DNA of 64,000 bases from contig CAIMWO010000077.1 of NCBI GenBank assembly GCA_903845195.1, positions 8,230 through 72,229 on the forward strand. Reading direction: 5' to 3'. This DNA is from an uncultured Phycisphaerales bacterium. Lineage in GTDB: Bacteria; Planctomycetota; Phycisphaerae; WQYP01. Shown here piece after piece: positions 30,994-42,232 of this stretch (positions are counted from its first letter, which is position 1; the number at the start of each line of letters is the position of its first letter). The notes beneath the pieces are model-generated. The model worked only from the letters and a program-made list of their open reading frames with translations. It searched no databases and had not been told where the DNA came from. A program made the position numbers and the translations under genes.

Positions 30994-33900
30994 TCAGATT
31001 TTCTTTTTCTCAAGCGTGATGTTCAGACCCAGGCCGCGGATTTCGTTGCAGAGCACGTCGAAGGAGACGGGGGTGCCGGCCTCGAGGGTGTTGGTGCCTT
31101 TGACCATGGATTCGTAGATCTTGGTGCGGCCTTCGACATCGTCGGACTTGACGGTGAGGAGTTCCTGGAGGATGTAGGCGGCGCCGTAGGCTTCGAGGCC
31201 CCAGACTTCCATCTCACCGAAGCGCTGGCCGCCGGTGCGGGCCTTGCCGCCGAGGGGCTGCTGCGTGATCAGCGAGTATGGGCCGGTGCTGCGGGCGTGG
31301 ATCTTGTCGTCGACCAAGTGGTGCAGCTTCAACATATAGATGCGGCCGACGGTGGTGCGCTGTTCGAAGGGTTCGCCGGTGCGGCCATCGAACAGTTGGA
31401 CTTTGAAGCTGGGGGGCATCTCGGCGAAGACTTCGTCCGCCGGGGGAGCGATTTTCTTTTCTTCCAGTTCCTTCTTGCGGGCCCGGACGTGCTTGTTGGC
31501 TTCTTCGACCGCGGCGGAAATTTCGCTTTCGGTAGCGCCGTCGAAGACGGGGGTGACGGCCTGGAAGCCGAGGATGGCGGCGGCCCAACCGAGGTGGGTT
31601 TCGAGAATCTGGCCGACGTTCATACGCGAAGGCACGCCGAGGGGGTTGAGCAGGATGTCGATGCTGGTGCCGTCGTCCATGAAGGGCATATCTTCTTCGG
31701 GGACGATACGGGCGATGACGCCCTTGTTGCCGTGGCGGCCTGCCATCTTGTCGCCGACGGAGAGCTGGCGTTTGGTGGCGAGGTAGACCTTGACCATTTC
31801 GAGCACACCTGAAGGCAGCTCGTCGCCGCGCTTCATGTGCTCCATCTTGCGTTCGCGTTCTTCGAAGATGGCCTTGATGCGGGCGTCGTAGCGACGGTAG
31901 ATGCTGTCGGCCTGCTTGCGCGATTCCTCGGAGCCCTTGACCCAAGTCATCTGGAAGTTCTGAATCTGTTCCAGAATAACTTCGTCCTGATCGCTCTTGC
32001 CGACCTTCTGGCGGGTGGAGGGGTCGACCATGAGCTGGCCGGTGACCTCGTTGATTTCCTCAGCCATCTGGCGGAAGAGGACGACGGCGCGGGCGTTCAT
32101 CTCCTCGCCGTACTTTTTCATGTCTTTTTGCAGTTGCTTCTTCTGGTCGTCGGACATATGCATGCGGCGGCTGAAGCGTTGGGCGCCGATGACGACGCCT
32201 TCGGTGCCGGCGGGGACTTCGAGCGAATCGTTCTTCACGTCTTCACCGGCGCGGCCGAAGATGGCGTGGAGGAGCTTTTCTTCGGGGGAGAGTTCGGTCT
32301 TGCTCTTGGGTGCGACCTTGCCGACGAGGATGTCGCCGGGGCCGACGCGGGTGCCGATGCGGACGATGCCGACGTCGTCGAGATTCTTGAGGGCCTTCTC
32401 GGAGACGTTGGGGATATCGCGGGTGAATTCCTCACGGCCGAGCTTGGTCTCGCGGATTTCGATATCGAATTCCTCGATGTGGATCGAGGTGAAGGTGTCT
32501 TTCTTGACCAGCTTTTCGCTGATGACGATGGCGTCTTCGAAGTTGTAGCCGTCATAGGTCATGAAGGCGACGAGCACGTTTTTGCCCAGGGCGAGTTCGC
32601 CCAGATCGCAAGCGGGGCCGTCGGCAATGATCTGATTTTTCTTGACGCGCTGGCCCATGGCGACGAGCGGTTTCTGGGTGAGGCAAGTCTTGTCGTTGAG
32701 GCCGGCGTTCTTACGGAGCATGTATTCATCAGAGTTGTCGATGACGATGCGTTTGGCATCGCAGTAGGTGACGACGCCGGAACGTTCGGCCTTGATGACC
32801 ATGCCGGAGTTGGTGGGGACGGCTTTTTCCATGCCGGTGGCCACGACCGGTGCCTCGCTGACGAGCAGCGGCACGGCCTGGCGTTGCATGTTGGAACCCA
32901 TCAATGCGCGGTTGGCGTCATCGTGTTCGAGGAAGGGGATCAAGGCGGCGGAGATGGCGACGGTCTGCTTGGGCGAGATGTCGACGAACTTGACGTCGGC
33001 GCCGCGAATCTGGTTCAGTTCGCCGTTGACGCGGGCGAGGACCATTTCCTGCTTGACCTTATGGGTTTCGGGATGGACGACTTCCGGCGGCGCCAGGACG
33101 GATTTCATTTCCTCGTCGGCGCGGAGGTAACGGACTTCGCCGTTGACCTTGTTGCCTTCGACGACGCGGTACGGGGTATTGAGGAAGCCGTACTCGTCGA
33201 TGCCGGCGTAGATGCCCAGCGACGCGATGAGACCGATGTTGGTGCCTTCAGGCGTTTCGATCGGACAGACGCGGCCGTAGTGGGAAATGTGTACGTCGCG
33301 GACTTCGAAGCCGGCGCGTTTGCGGTTCAAGCCGCCAGGTCCGAGGGCCGACAGACGACGCTCGTGCGTCAACTGCGACAGCGGGTTGGTCTGGTCGACG
33401 ACCTGCGAAAGTTCGCTGCGGCCGAAGAAGAATTCGATCGAGCTGCTGATACTCTTGGAGTTCACCAGTTCGACGATCTTGGTCAGTTCGTTGGGGTCCT
33501 TGAGCGACATGCGTTCCTGGACCGTGCGGCGGAGTTTCAGGAAGCCTTTGCGAAGCTCTTCGGAGGCGAGTTCGTCGATGGTGCGGAGGCGGCGGTTGCC
33601 GAGGTGGTCGATGTCATCGATGTAGCCATTGCCCGCACGGAGTTCCATGATGTACTTGAGCGAGCCGAGGATGTCCTCGGCACGCAGGGTCATTACGTCT
33701 TCCGGAACCTTCTGCTCGAACTTGCGGTTGATGCGGAAGCGGCCGACGCGGCCGAGACGGTAGCGATTGGCGTCGAAGAATTTTTCGGCAAAGAGGGTCT
33801 TGGCTTTTTCGAAGTGCGGAGGATTGCCCGGACGAAGGCGGCCGTAGATTTTCAGGAGGGCCTGTTCGTAGTTGGTGGTGCCGTCTTCCTGGATGGTGTT

Positions 33901-34743
33901 GAGGATGATGGGGTCGTTGACCTTCTCGATCACTTCAACTTTCTTGACGTTGGAGGCCTGAATCTTGGCGACGGAGTCACCGATCATGGCGCCGGACTTG
34001 ACGATTTCTTCGCCGGTTTCGGTATCAATGATGGCGCCGACGGCGTAGAAGTCGGACTTGAGCTGGCCGACGGGCACGGTGCGGGTCTCATAGAACGCGC
34101 GGAGGAGGGCTTCGTTGGTGGAGAACTTTTCATCCATGGCGCGGAGGAAGGTGGTGGCAGGGATCTTGGCGGATTGGTCGATGCGGACGGCCATGACGTC
34201 TTTCTTGGTGACGTTCATTTCGATCCACGATCCGCGTTCGGGGATGACGCGGCAGGCGTGGAGGGGGCGGTCGCCTTCCTGGGAGTCGATGACGAAGTCG
34301 ACGCCGGGGGAGCGGTGAAGCTGGGAGACGATGACGCGTTCGGCACCGTTGATGATGAATTCGCCGCCACCGGTCATGATGGGGATTTCGCCGAGGTAGA
34401 TGGCTTCTTCGAGGAGTTCGCCGGCCTTGTCTTTACGGGAGAGGCGGACGCGCACACGGAAGGGCATACCGAAGGTCAGGCGAAGGGCGCGGCACTCGTC
34501 CTGGGTGTAGCGAGGCTTGCTGAGGTCGTAGGAGAGGTACTCAAGTTTCATATTCCCGTCGTAGGATTCGATGGGATAGACTTCGCGCAACAAAGCTTCG
34601 AGGCCTTCGTTTTTCCGCTTGCCGGGCTCGACGTCAGACTGGAGGAAGCGTTTATAAGCCTCTGTCTGGACTTGAATTAGATTCGGGATCGGAAGCGCGT
34701 CCCCGCGTTTCGAATAATCACGCACCTGCGTTACACGCATCAT
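30994..34743 (-). CDS. rpoB: DNA-directed RNA polymerase subunit beta
   Basis: 1249 aa with conserved rpoB blocks throughout. ATG start MMRVTQV. 77-nt gap to rpoC. Confidence 0.98.
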   Translation of the reverse strand: MMRVTQVRDYSKRGDALPIPNLIQVQTEAYKRFLQSDVEPGKRKNEGLEALLREVYPIESYDGNMKLEYLSYDLSKPRYTQDECRALRLTFGMPFRVRVRLSRKDKAGELLEEAIYLGEIPIMTGGGEFIINGAERVIVSQLHRSPGVDFVIDSQEGDRPLHACRVIPERGSWIEMNVTKKDVMAVRIDQSAKIPATTFLRAMDEKFSTNEALLRAFYETRTVPVGQLKSDFYAVGAIIDTETGEEIVKSGAMIGDSVAKIQASNVKKVEVIEKVNDPIILNTIQEDGTTNYEQALLKIYGRLRPGNPPHFEKAKTLFAEKFFDANRYRLGRVGRFRINRKFEQKVPEDVMTLRAEDILGSLKYIMELRAGNGYIDDIDHLGNRRLRTIDELASEELRKGFLKLRRTVQERMSLKDPNELTKIVELVNSKSISSSIEFFFGRSELSQVVDQTNPLSQLTHERRLSALGPGGLNRKRAGFEVRDVHISHYGRVCPIETPEGTNIGLIASLGIYAGIDEYGFLNTPYRVVEGNKVNGEVRYLRADEEMKSVLAPPEVVHPETHKVKQEMVLARVNGELNQIRGADVKFVDISPKQTVAISAALIPFLEHDDANRALMGSNMQRQAVPLLVSEAPVVATGMEKAVPTNSGMVIKAERSGVVTYCDAKRIVIDNSDEYMLRKNAGLNDKTCLTQKPLVAMGQRVKKNQIIADGPACDLGELALGKNVLVAFMTYDGYNFEDAIVISEKLVKKDTFTSIHIEEFDIEIRETKLGREEFTRDIPNVSEKALKNLDDVGIVRIGTRVGPGDILVGKVAPKSKTELSPEEKLLHAIFGRAGEDVKNDSLEVPAGTEGVVIGAQRFSRRMHMSDDQKKQLQKDMKKYGEEMNARAVVLFRQMAEEINEVTGQLMVDPSTRQKVGKSDQDEVILEQIQNFQMTWVKGSEESRKQADSIYRRYDARIKAIFEERERKMEHMKRGDELPSGVLEMVKVYLATKRQLSVGDKMAGRHGNKGVIARIVPEEDMPFMDDGTSIDILLNPLGVPSRMNVGQILETHLGWAAAILGFQAVTPVFDGATESEISAAVEEANKHVRARKKELEEKKIAPPADEVFAEMPPSFKVQLFDGRTGEPFEQRTTVGRIYMLKLHHLVDDKIHARSTGPYSLITQQPLGGKARTGGQRFGEMEVWGLEAYGAAYILQELLTVKSDDVEGRTKIYESMVKGTNTLEAGTPVSFDVLCNEIRGLGLNITLEKKKI

Positions 34744-35047
34744 GACACCTCTACCAGTTGGTTCCGAAGGAACTTATGCCACTACTATTGAATGGATTTT
34801 GACTATTAAGACGACAAAAAAGGTGGGAAAAAATGTTCCGGCCAAACATTTCATAGTCCCGCATTCTAAACGCGACCCGAACGCAAAGCAAGTGCCGCAA
34901 AGAGAGAATTTTGGAAGATTTTTCGGTGGGCACTCCTGACAGCGGGGTGATTATCGCCCCCATGCCGACGACTGCCCCTGTTCAGGTAGCGGCCGAGGTG
35001 CGGGCCCAAGGGGTTAAGGTATAATGTGGTATCGAAAGGCAAAGATC

Positions 35048-35254
35048 ATGAAGCAGACATTTACGGCCCGCGTGTGGAAAGAAGACGAATGGTTCATCGC
35101 ACAATGCGCCCAAGTGGATGTTGCGAGCCACGGCCATTCGGAAAATGAGGCGCTGGCAAACCTGCGCGAGGCCCTCGAACTCTATTTTGAGCCCCCCACC
35201 GCGACGATCATGCCCAAGGTGACAGACATTGAGGTGGAAGTTGGGGCGGCTTAG
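35048..35254 (+). CDS. hicB: HicB-family antitoxin-like protein
   Basis: ~68-76 aa; the FTARVWKEDEWFIAQC...SHGHSENEALANLREALELYFE pattern matches the HicB/UPF0150 fold signature. An upstream ATG at 35024 overlaps a TATAAT box, so 35048 is preferred. Confidence 0.55.
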   Translation: MKQTFTARVWKEDEWFIAQCAQVDVASHGHSENEALANLREALELYFEPPTATIMPKVTDIEVEVGAA

Positions 35255-35258
35255 GCCA

Positions 35259-35468
35259 TTGGCCTATCGGGAAGTGCGTCGGAGGTTGCGCGCCGCGGGC
35301 TTTGATGAAGTGAGCCAAAAAGGCAGTCACGTCAAATTTGCGAGAACGACGGCGGAGGGGACACGTATCGCAATCGTGCCGAACCATTCTGGGGATATTC
35401 CGTTGGGCACATTGCGAAGCATTCTGAATCAGGCGGGGATGACACCGGATGAATTTGAACGATGGTGA
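35259..35468 (+). CDS. hicA: HicA-family mRNA-interferase toxin-like protein
   Basis: The motif QKGSHVKFAR...IAIVPNHSGDIPLGTLRSILNQAGM matches HicA (YcfA). TTG start 5 nt after the hicB stop. The gene order is antitoxin then toxin. Confidence 0.55.
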   Translation: MAYREVRRRLRAAGFDEVSQKGSHVKFARTTAEGTRIAIVPNHSGDIPLGTLRSILNQAGMTPDEFERW

Positions 35469-35567
35469 ACACCATGCTCTGGATATTCAACGACCTATTA
35501 CGATGATCCATTCTCACTACGAGCGATTCGTGAATGAGTGCTGATACTTGTACAAGACCAATAGACG

Positions 35568-35597
35568 AGGCCCGGCGTGGTTAGTGCCGGGCCTCTG
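35568..35597 (+). terminator. GC-rich hairpin downstream of hicA
   Basis: gaggcccggc-gtggttagt-gccgggcctc: a 10-bp perfect stem. Confidence 0.4.
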
Positions 35598-35640
35598 GTG
35601 AACTTTGTGGTGATCCCGGGCAAGCTCGGGCAATGTGATA

Positions 35641-35700
35641 TTACGTGCCCATGTCGTGGGAGCTGAGGTATTTGACTTGTTCTTTTGGTGAGGGTGTCGA
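35641..35700 (-). pseudogene. Duplicated fragment of the ahcY 3' end (last ~19 codons plus the stop), carrying a 1-nt indel
   Basis: 60 nt are near-identical to 36949-37007 (36/36 identical nt, then one mismatch and a 1-nt indel over the next 23 nt). On the minus strand it encodes ...[15 protein letters not shown], against the ahcY C-terminus ...[15 protein letters not shown]. Confidence 0.7.
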
Positions 35701-35768
35701 CGACAACTGGCCAATCATGGCACAAACTTCGTCGTCGGGGCGCTCGTGAGAGGGGGAGCGGCATTGCT

Positions 35769-35999
35769 TCATGCCGCCGACGTCTGCTCCACCTGTGCTA
35801 TATTCCGCAGCGGAATATAGCGGTTGTTCTCGATGATGTGAGACCGCCCCGGCTTGATGGTGAAGATTTGCAGAGTCGCGCCCTGAATCCAGGCGCAGCC
35901 GGGATCGGCAATCTCGACCACCTCGCCGCTGTTGAGGTGTAGGCGAAGGGGCACAAAAGGGTCGCGTCCGAGGAGTTCACTGAATTGGGTGGGGTTCAT
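35769..35999 (-). CDS. Hypothetical 76-aa protein
   Basis: Balanced composition in the ORF (MNPTQFSELLGRDPFVPLRLHLNSGEVVEIADPG...). Lies inside the segment bounded by the ahcY-end repeats. Confidence 0.3.
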   Translation of the reverse strand: MNPTQFSELLGRDPFVPLRLHLNSGEVVEIADPGCAWIQGATLQIFTIKPGRSHIIENNRYIPLRNIAQVEQTSAA

Positions 36000-36311
36000 G
36001 CCGTGGTCTCCGTCAACACCGAGTTGAGTCTATGGATAAGTTTACTCCGTCCAGCAGCGGAATCAAAGTCGCTGCAGAGCGTGCGTTCGGTGCGGAGGCC
36101 CATGCCTGCCGAGAGAATGCGTGAGCTTCTGGGCATCATTGCTGGCGCCGTCGTCGTACGGCGCAGGCAGCTTCATCTGGGTGTCGAGGGGAGGAGGGGT
36201 TCACATGGAGAAAAGTGAGTGAGCGGCCGTGGGCAACCTTGACAAAACACCGCCGCACGACGAGCCTGATGGTCGGACACGAGGCCAGTTGTCTCTTTGG
36301 GCAGTACTGCA

Positions 36312-36749
36312 ATGAAGCCGGGTATTCACCTGACCAAGATTTGGTTCGATGACGACATGGTTGAACTAAGAATCGACGTGTCGGACGGATTTTCACTCTT
36401 CTCAAACCAAGTATACGTCGGCTACCCCGATCTTTCGCGTGCTGTTGCCGACCTTGACGTATTCAAACACCAGATTCATGGTGGTCTGGTTGACCTTCGG
36501 TTCGGCGAGTTCGGACCCGAATACGCCAATGGTGCGTTCCATGCGCGGTTTCATTTCGCCAAGCCAGGCGGAAGGTTGTTCATAACTTGCAGGCAGCAGT
36601 CAGATTTCAGTGAGTTCTCGATCATGAAGGTGGCGAGCGAAGCCACTCTGTATTTGCGGACCGAACCCGCCCTGCTCGACCGCTTCATAGACGAACTCAA
36701 GGGGCTCGACGCCAAGACATCTGACGAGGCTTACCTTCAGGGTAATTGA
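36312..36749 (+). CDS. Hypothetical 145-aa protein
   Basis: ORF with normal amino-acid composition (the track start is a TTG at 36297). Lies inside the segment bounded by the ahcY-end repeats. Confidence 0.4.
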   Translation: MKPGIHLTKIWFDDDMVELRIDVSDGFSLFSNQVYVGYPDLSRAVADLDVFKHQIHGGLVDLRFGEFGPEYANGAFHARFHFAKPGGRLFITCRQQSDFSEFSIMKVASEATLYLRTEPALLDRFIDELKGLDAKTSDEAYLQGN

Positions 36750-36948
36750 CGGATCGGGCAATTCTGCGAAGTGGAACCCGCCGTGAAGTCTCCCCCCCCG
36801 CCCGCCCGCCCCATTCCCGGTTTAGTTTTGGCATTCAGCCTTCATGCTTCGATTTTCATCGTGTCATTCCCCGGACGCACGCCAATGGAAAAGGGAGTCC
36901 CGGTTGGGACTCCCTTTGAATGCTGCAACGCTATGAAGGGTTGGGGGC

Positions 36949-38241
<1,293 letters not shown>

Positions 38242-38838
38242 TCAGTTATTGGATGAACAGGCGCCCGGCGCGAGCCAGCGCGACGCAACATATTGACGGA
38301 TTTCGGGCCAGTCTTTGACGCGGTGAACGAGAGGATGGGTGCAGGACTGGTTGTAGGGGGAATCGAGGAGGAGGACGGGGATGCCGACGGAGGCGATTTC
38401 GAGGGCGAACTTGGCGTGATCTTCGATGAAGAAATCGAGTTTACAGTTTTGGGCGGCGACGCCTTTGCCTCCGACAGAGGGGGAACTGATCACGGCTTCG
38501 CAGGGGATGTGATGTTTGGCGAGCCACGCGGTGGCGGAGGGCATCCAGCACTCAGGGCGGCCGGTGATGACGTAGAAAGTCGCTTGGGAAGACCATGACT
38601 GAAGGATTTGGAGGAGGTCATCCAGGGGAGGCTGGGTGTGGATGGCGGATTCGTTTTCGGTGAAGAAGGTGTGGAATTGTTCGTCGGTGAGGGACCACGG
38701 GGAGAGGCGATAGTCGCGGCAGTCTGCGAAGGAGACGGCCGTGCCGAAGCGGGCATTGAGGAGGCGGACGAGAGCGTGGCGCGTCTGCATGAGGGTGTCA
38801 TCAAAATCGAGGCCGATGCGGAGGGGGCGTGGGCTCAT
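38242..38838 (-). CDS. HAD-superfamily hydrolase, 5'(3')-deoxyribonucleotidase-like (NT5C family)
   Basis: HAD motif I IGLDFDDTL; ~198 aa; the ATG overlaps the upstream gene stop (ATGA), implying translational coupling. Confidence 0.6.
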   Translation of the reverse strand: MSPRPLRIGLDFDDTLMQTRHALVRLLNARFGTAVSFADCRDYRLSPWSLTDEQFHTFFTENESAIHTQPPLDDLLQILQSWSSQATFYVITGRPECWMPSATAWLAKHHIPCEAVISSPSVGGKGVAAQNCKLDFFIEDHAKFALEIASVGIPVLLLDSPYNQSCTHPLVHRVKDWPEIRQYVASRWLAPGACSSNN

Positions 38839-39851
38839 GTGGGGACCTCCGCGCGAAGGGCGAAGAGGTCGGGGACGGCGACCTGGCCGACTTTGGAGCG
38901 GGCGGTCTTAGGTGACAGGGGATGCCAGCGGGGGGTGATGAAGCCAGCCTGGGTGAGCCATGATTCCAGTTGCGACTGCGAAAAACCCATCCAGCGGTGA
39001 TTGAGTTTTTCACGGAACATGACGACATTGTGGGGCTGGAGGTCGATGATGAGGATGGTGCCGCCGGGGCGGAGGATGCGCTGGACTTCGCGGAGAGCGG
39101 CGGCGGGATCGGGCAGGTAGGCAAGGACGAGTGCGGCCAGGGCGATGTCGACGGTTTGATCTTCGATGGGGAGATGTTCGATACCCCCCTGCCGGAGCTC
39201 GACGTTGGCGAGTTGCTGTTCTTTGACGCGGGTTTTGGCGCCTTTGAGCATGGCGGGCGAGGGGTCGACGGCGATGACTTGTTTTACGTGGGGGGCGATG
39301 AGGGGAAGCATGACGCCGGTGCCGGTGCCAAGGTCGGCGACGGTCCAGGCGGGATTCATGAGGCAGAGAAGGGATTCGAGATGGAAGGTGTCGCCGAACC
39401 ATTGGGCGCGGAGGGCATCCCATTGCGGGGCGTGCTTGCCGAAGAATTTTTCGGTCATGGATTCGCGCTGGCGGAGGACGTGGGCGAGGCGCTGGGCGTC
39501 GGTGCGGGCCAGGGGATCGCGTTCGAGGTGCTGGCGGGCGAGCGTGCGAAGCTGGCGGAGTGAATTTTGGGAGGCGGCGTCGGTGAGGCGGTAGAGCATG
39601 GAGGTGCCGTCGCGGGTGGCCTCGGTCATGCGGGCGTCAGTGAGGGTCTTGAGGTGCCGGGAGACAGTGGATTGGGGAAGCTTGAGGACTTCAGCGAGTT
39701 CGCCGACGGAAAGACCGAGTTGCGCCTGCTGCTCGAGAAGGCGTATAATCCGGAGCCGGATCGGATCGGCGAGGGTACGCAGAAGGTCGATCAGGTGATC
39801 CGCGGAATAATCAGCGGAGGCGGAAGTTGTCTCTGGCAATGATCCGTTCAT
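38835..39851 (-). CDS. sahR: ArsR-family wHTH regulator fused to a SAM-dependent methyltransferase-like domain (SahR-like SAH-responsive regulator)
   Basis: HTH RLRIIRLLEQQAQLGLSVGELAEVLKLPQSTVSRHLKTL; class I MTase motif DLGTGTGVM...ILRPGGTILIID. Genomic association with ahcY and metH. The preferred start is ATG 39851, because the alternative at 39917 overlaps the manA start. Confidence 0.65.
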   Translation of the reverse strand: MNGSLPETTSASADYSADHLIDLLRTLADPIRLRIIRLLEQQAQLGLSVGELAEVLKLPQSTVSRHLKTLTDARMTEATRDGTSMLYRLTDAASQNSLRQLRTLARQHLERDPLARTDAQRLAHVLRQRESMTEKFFGKHAPQWDALRAQWFGDTFHLESLLCLMNPAWTVADLGTGTGVMLPLIAPHVKQVIAVDPSPAMLKGAKTRVKEQQLANVELRQGGIEHLPIEDQTVDIALAALVLAYLPDPAAALREVQRILRPGGTILIIDLQPHNVVMFREKLNHRWMGFSQSQLESWLTQAGFITPRWHPLSPKTARSKVGQVAVPDLFALRAEVPT

Positions 39852-39915
39852 CCGGATAGAATGATATATGTTGGACGCGCAAGATGCAAGAAGTAAGACG
39901 CAAGAAGGGCTTGTC

Positions 39916-40962
39916 ATGTATCCGTTGAAGTTTCAGCCGGTGTTTCAGAAGCGAATTTGGGGTGGGCAGAGGCTGCGCACGATTCTGGGCAAGGCATTGC
40001 CGGTGGAGTTGCAGCGGGACGCGGTGGGCGAGTCGTGGGAGCTGGCGGATTTGCCGCCGGGGACGGTGAAGGCGGATTCGGCGGGCGGGGCGGCGGATGG
40101 ATCGATGTCGAGCGTGATCACGAATGGTCCGCTGGCGGGCAAGACGCTGCACGAAGTGCTGGGAAATTCAGAATTCAGAATTCAGAATTCAGAATTGGCG
40201 TATTTTCCGCTGCTGGTGAAATTTTTGGATGCGGCGCAGGATCTTTCGGTGCAGGTGCATCCGGACGAGGCTTATGTGAAGACGCATCCGGATGCGGCGC
40301 TCAAGAGCGAGTGCTGGTACATCCTGCATGCGGAGCCGGGGGCGAAGATCTATAAAGGATTGAAGGCGGGGGTGACGAAAGAGCAGTTCCGGGCGGCGTT
40401 GGAGAAGGGGCAGGTGGAGCCGCTGCTGAATGCGATCAAGGTGCGGCCGGGGGATTGTCATTATTTGAAGAGCGGAACTGTGCATGCGCTGGGGGCGGGG
40501 ATATTGGCGGCGGAAGTGCAGACGCCGTCGGATACGACTTTTCGCGTTTTCGATTGGAACCGGCTGGGACCGGACGGGAAGCCGCGGAAGTTGCATATAG
40601 AGGAAGCGCTGAGCTGCATTCATTTTGGACCGGAAGAATCGGCCGCGGCGGGCGGACAGAAGTCGCATGTGGCGAGTCTATTTACGACGGTAACGCGGCT
40701 GGTGACGTGCGATTACTTTACGCTGGAACGGGTGCGGATGTCGCAGGATATGGAACAGGATATTCCGTACAGCGAGCCGGTGGTGTGGATCGTGCTGGAG
40801 GGCCAGGGCGTGATCAACGTGGAAGGGCACCCCCCTACCGCATTCGTACGCGGCGATACGATGCTGCTGCCGGCATCGATGAAGCAGGCGAAGATCAAGA
40901 CGGTAACGGATTGTGCGTGGTTGGAGGCGCGGTTACCGGGCGGCGTCGCCGAACCGAATTAG
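39916..40962 (+). CDS. manA: Mannose-6-phosphate isomerase, type I (cupin)
   Basis: YPLKF...IWGG, SVQVHPD, SECWYIL, GTVHALGAG...EVQTPSDTTFRVFDW motifs. Contains an in-frame (GAATTCA)4 microsatellite at 40165-40197. Confidence 0.85.
   Translation: MYPLKFQPVFQKRIWGGQRLRTILGKALPVELQRDAVGESWELADLPPGTVKADSAGGAADGSMSSVITNGPLAGKTLHEVLGNSEFRIQNSELAYFPLLVKFLDAAQDLSVQVHPDEAYVKTHPDAALKSECWYILHAEPGAKIYKGLKAGVTKEQFRAALEKGQVEPLLNAIKVRPGDCHYLKSGTVHALGAGILAAEVQTPSDTTFRVFDWNRLGPDGKPRKLHIEEALSCIHFGPEESAAAGGQKSHVASLFTTVTRLVTCDYFTLERVRMSQDMEQDIPYSEPVVWIVLEGQGVINVEGHPPTAFVRGDTMLLPASMKQAKIKTVTDCAWLEARLPGGVAEPN
40165..40197. repeat. (AATTCAG)4+ heptanucleotide microsatellite inside manA, in frame (encodes NSEFRIQNSEL)
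   Basis: aattcag x4 then aattgg, read directly. Confidence 0.9.
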
Positions 40963-40975
40963 CGAGAGTTTGATT

Positions 40976-41077
40976 TCACCACCAAGGCACCAAGACACTA
41001 AGATTTTTTTAGAAAGGATTTGCATCACTATTATTCGAGACCCATGATTTCTTGGTGTCTTTGTGTCTTGGTGGTGA
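40976..41077. repeat. 26-bp imperfect inverted repeat (23/26) built from octamer sub-repeats (CACCAAGN x3 against NCTTGGTG x3), flanking a ~48-nt AT-rich spacer
   Basis: Left arm caccaccaaggcaccaagacactaag; right arm cttggtgtctttgtgtcttggtggtg. Lies between the manA stop and the rluB start. Confidence 0.7.
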
Positions 41078-41086
41078 AAACAACGT

Positions 41087-42208
41087 ATGAAGATTCGATT
41101 GCAACGATTCATGGCGGACTGTGGCGTGGCGTCGCGGCGGGAGTGCGAGTCGCTGATTCAGCAGGGGCGGGTGCGCGTCAATGGCGAGGCACGGTCGGTG
41201 ATGCCGGTGCTGATCGATCCGACGAAGGACATCATTACGGTCGATGGCGAATCGCTGGGCAAGGGACACGGCGAGGAGGGGACCGTCAGCGATGCGCTGA
41301 AGGAACAGGGGAAAGTCTACTATCTGCTCAACAAGCCCAAGGGAATTCTAGTGACGAATTATGATCCGTCGCAGCGGAAGACGGTCAGCGAGCTGATGAC
41401 GGGCGTGAAGGAACGCACGTTTCCGGTGGGTCGCCTGGACATGGATAGCCGCGGTGCGCTGATCATGACCAATGATGGGGAGCTGGCCAATCGCCTGACG
41501 CATCCGCGGTTTGGGATTGAAAAGACGTACATCGTGGAAGTGGATGGGCGCGTGGGGCATGACGATTTGGAGAAGATCAAGCGCGGGGTGTGGCTGGGAC
41601 CGGAGCGGAAGGGCTTGCAGGGAGCGGTGAAGACGGAGCGATTTCGCATCGCGGTCCTGGGTCGCGAGCGCGGGCGCACCATCATGGAAGTGCAGATTTC
41701 CGAAGCGAAGAACAGCGAGATTCGGCGCGTGATGGCGAGCCTGGGGCATGTCGTGCGCGATCTGAACCGGGTTTCGATTGCGGAAAAGATCACGCTGAAG
41801 GGTTTGAAGGTCGGGGACTTCCGGGCGCTCACGGAGCAGGAAGTGAAGTGGCTGTACAAGGCGAGTTCGCCGGAGTTCCACAACACGAAGCGTGCGGCGA
41901 CGCAATCGTGGTATGAGGCCAAGGAGATGGAGAAGGAGCGCAAGAGATTGGCGCGCGAGGCGGCGGAGCAACCGCGGAAGAAGGCTGTGACGCCGGTGGC
42001 CAAAACGCCGTCGCACGAGAAGAAGGAATATCGTCCGCGTCCGCAGCGGAAGGGGAAGAAACCGTTTGTGCCGCCGACGGGGCGGAATGCGGGCAAGCCG
42101 CTGGGCGGGAATTTTCTGGGCCGCCAGCGGTTGGGGATCGACGAGCATGGTGAGAGCCAGATTCGAGTGGAGCATCCGCTGGGCGATGCGGCGAAATCGG
42201 ACGAATGA
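41087..42208 (+). CDS. rluB: 23S rRNA pseudouridine synthase, RsuA/RluB family, with an S4 domain and a Lys/Arg-rich C-terminal tail
   Basis: S4 motif RLQRFMADCGVASRRECESLIQQGRVRVNG; catalytic motif VGRLDMDSRGALIMTNDGELANRLTHP. Confidence 0.85.
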   Translation: MKIRLQRFMADCGVASRRECESLIQQGRVRVNGEARSVMPVLIDPTKDIITVDGESLGKGHGEEGTVSDALKEQGKVYYLLNKPKGILVTNYDPSQRKTVSELMTGVKERTFPVGRLDMDSRGALIMTNDGELANRLTHPRFGIEKTYIVEVDGRVGHDDLEKIKRGVWLGPERKGLQGAVKTERFRIAVLGRERGRTIMEVQISEAKNSEIRRVMASLGHVVRDLNRVSIAEKITLKGLKVGDFRALTEQEVKWLYKASSPEFHNTKRAATQSWYEAKEMEKERKRLAREAAEQPRKKAVTPVAKTPSHEKKEYRPRPQRKGKKPFVPPTGRNAGKPLGGNFLGRQRLGIDEHGESQIRVEHPLGDAAKSDE

Positions 42209-42232
42209 TCAGAAGTTGAAAGTGGAGCCTGC

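Noticed and set aside
39915-39918. Possible overlapping divergent start codons of the regulator (track start 39917) and manA (ATG 39916)
   Set aside because: Face-to-face overlapping starts are implausible. The regulator more likely starts at the internal ATG 39851, leaving a 64-nt control region.
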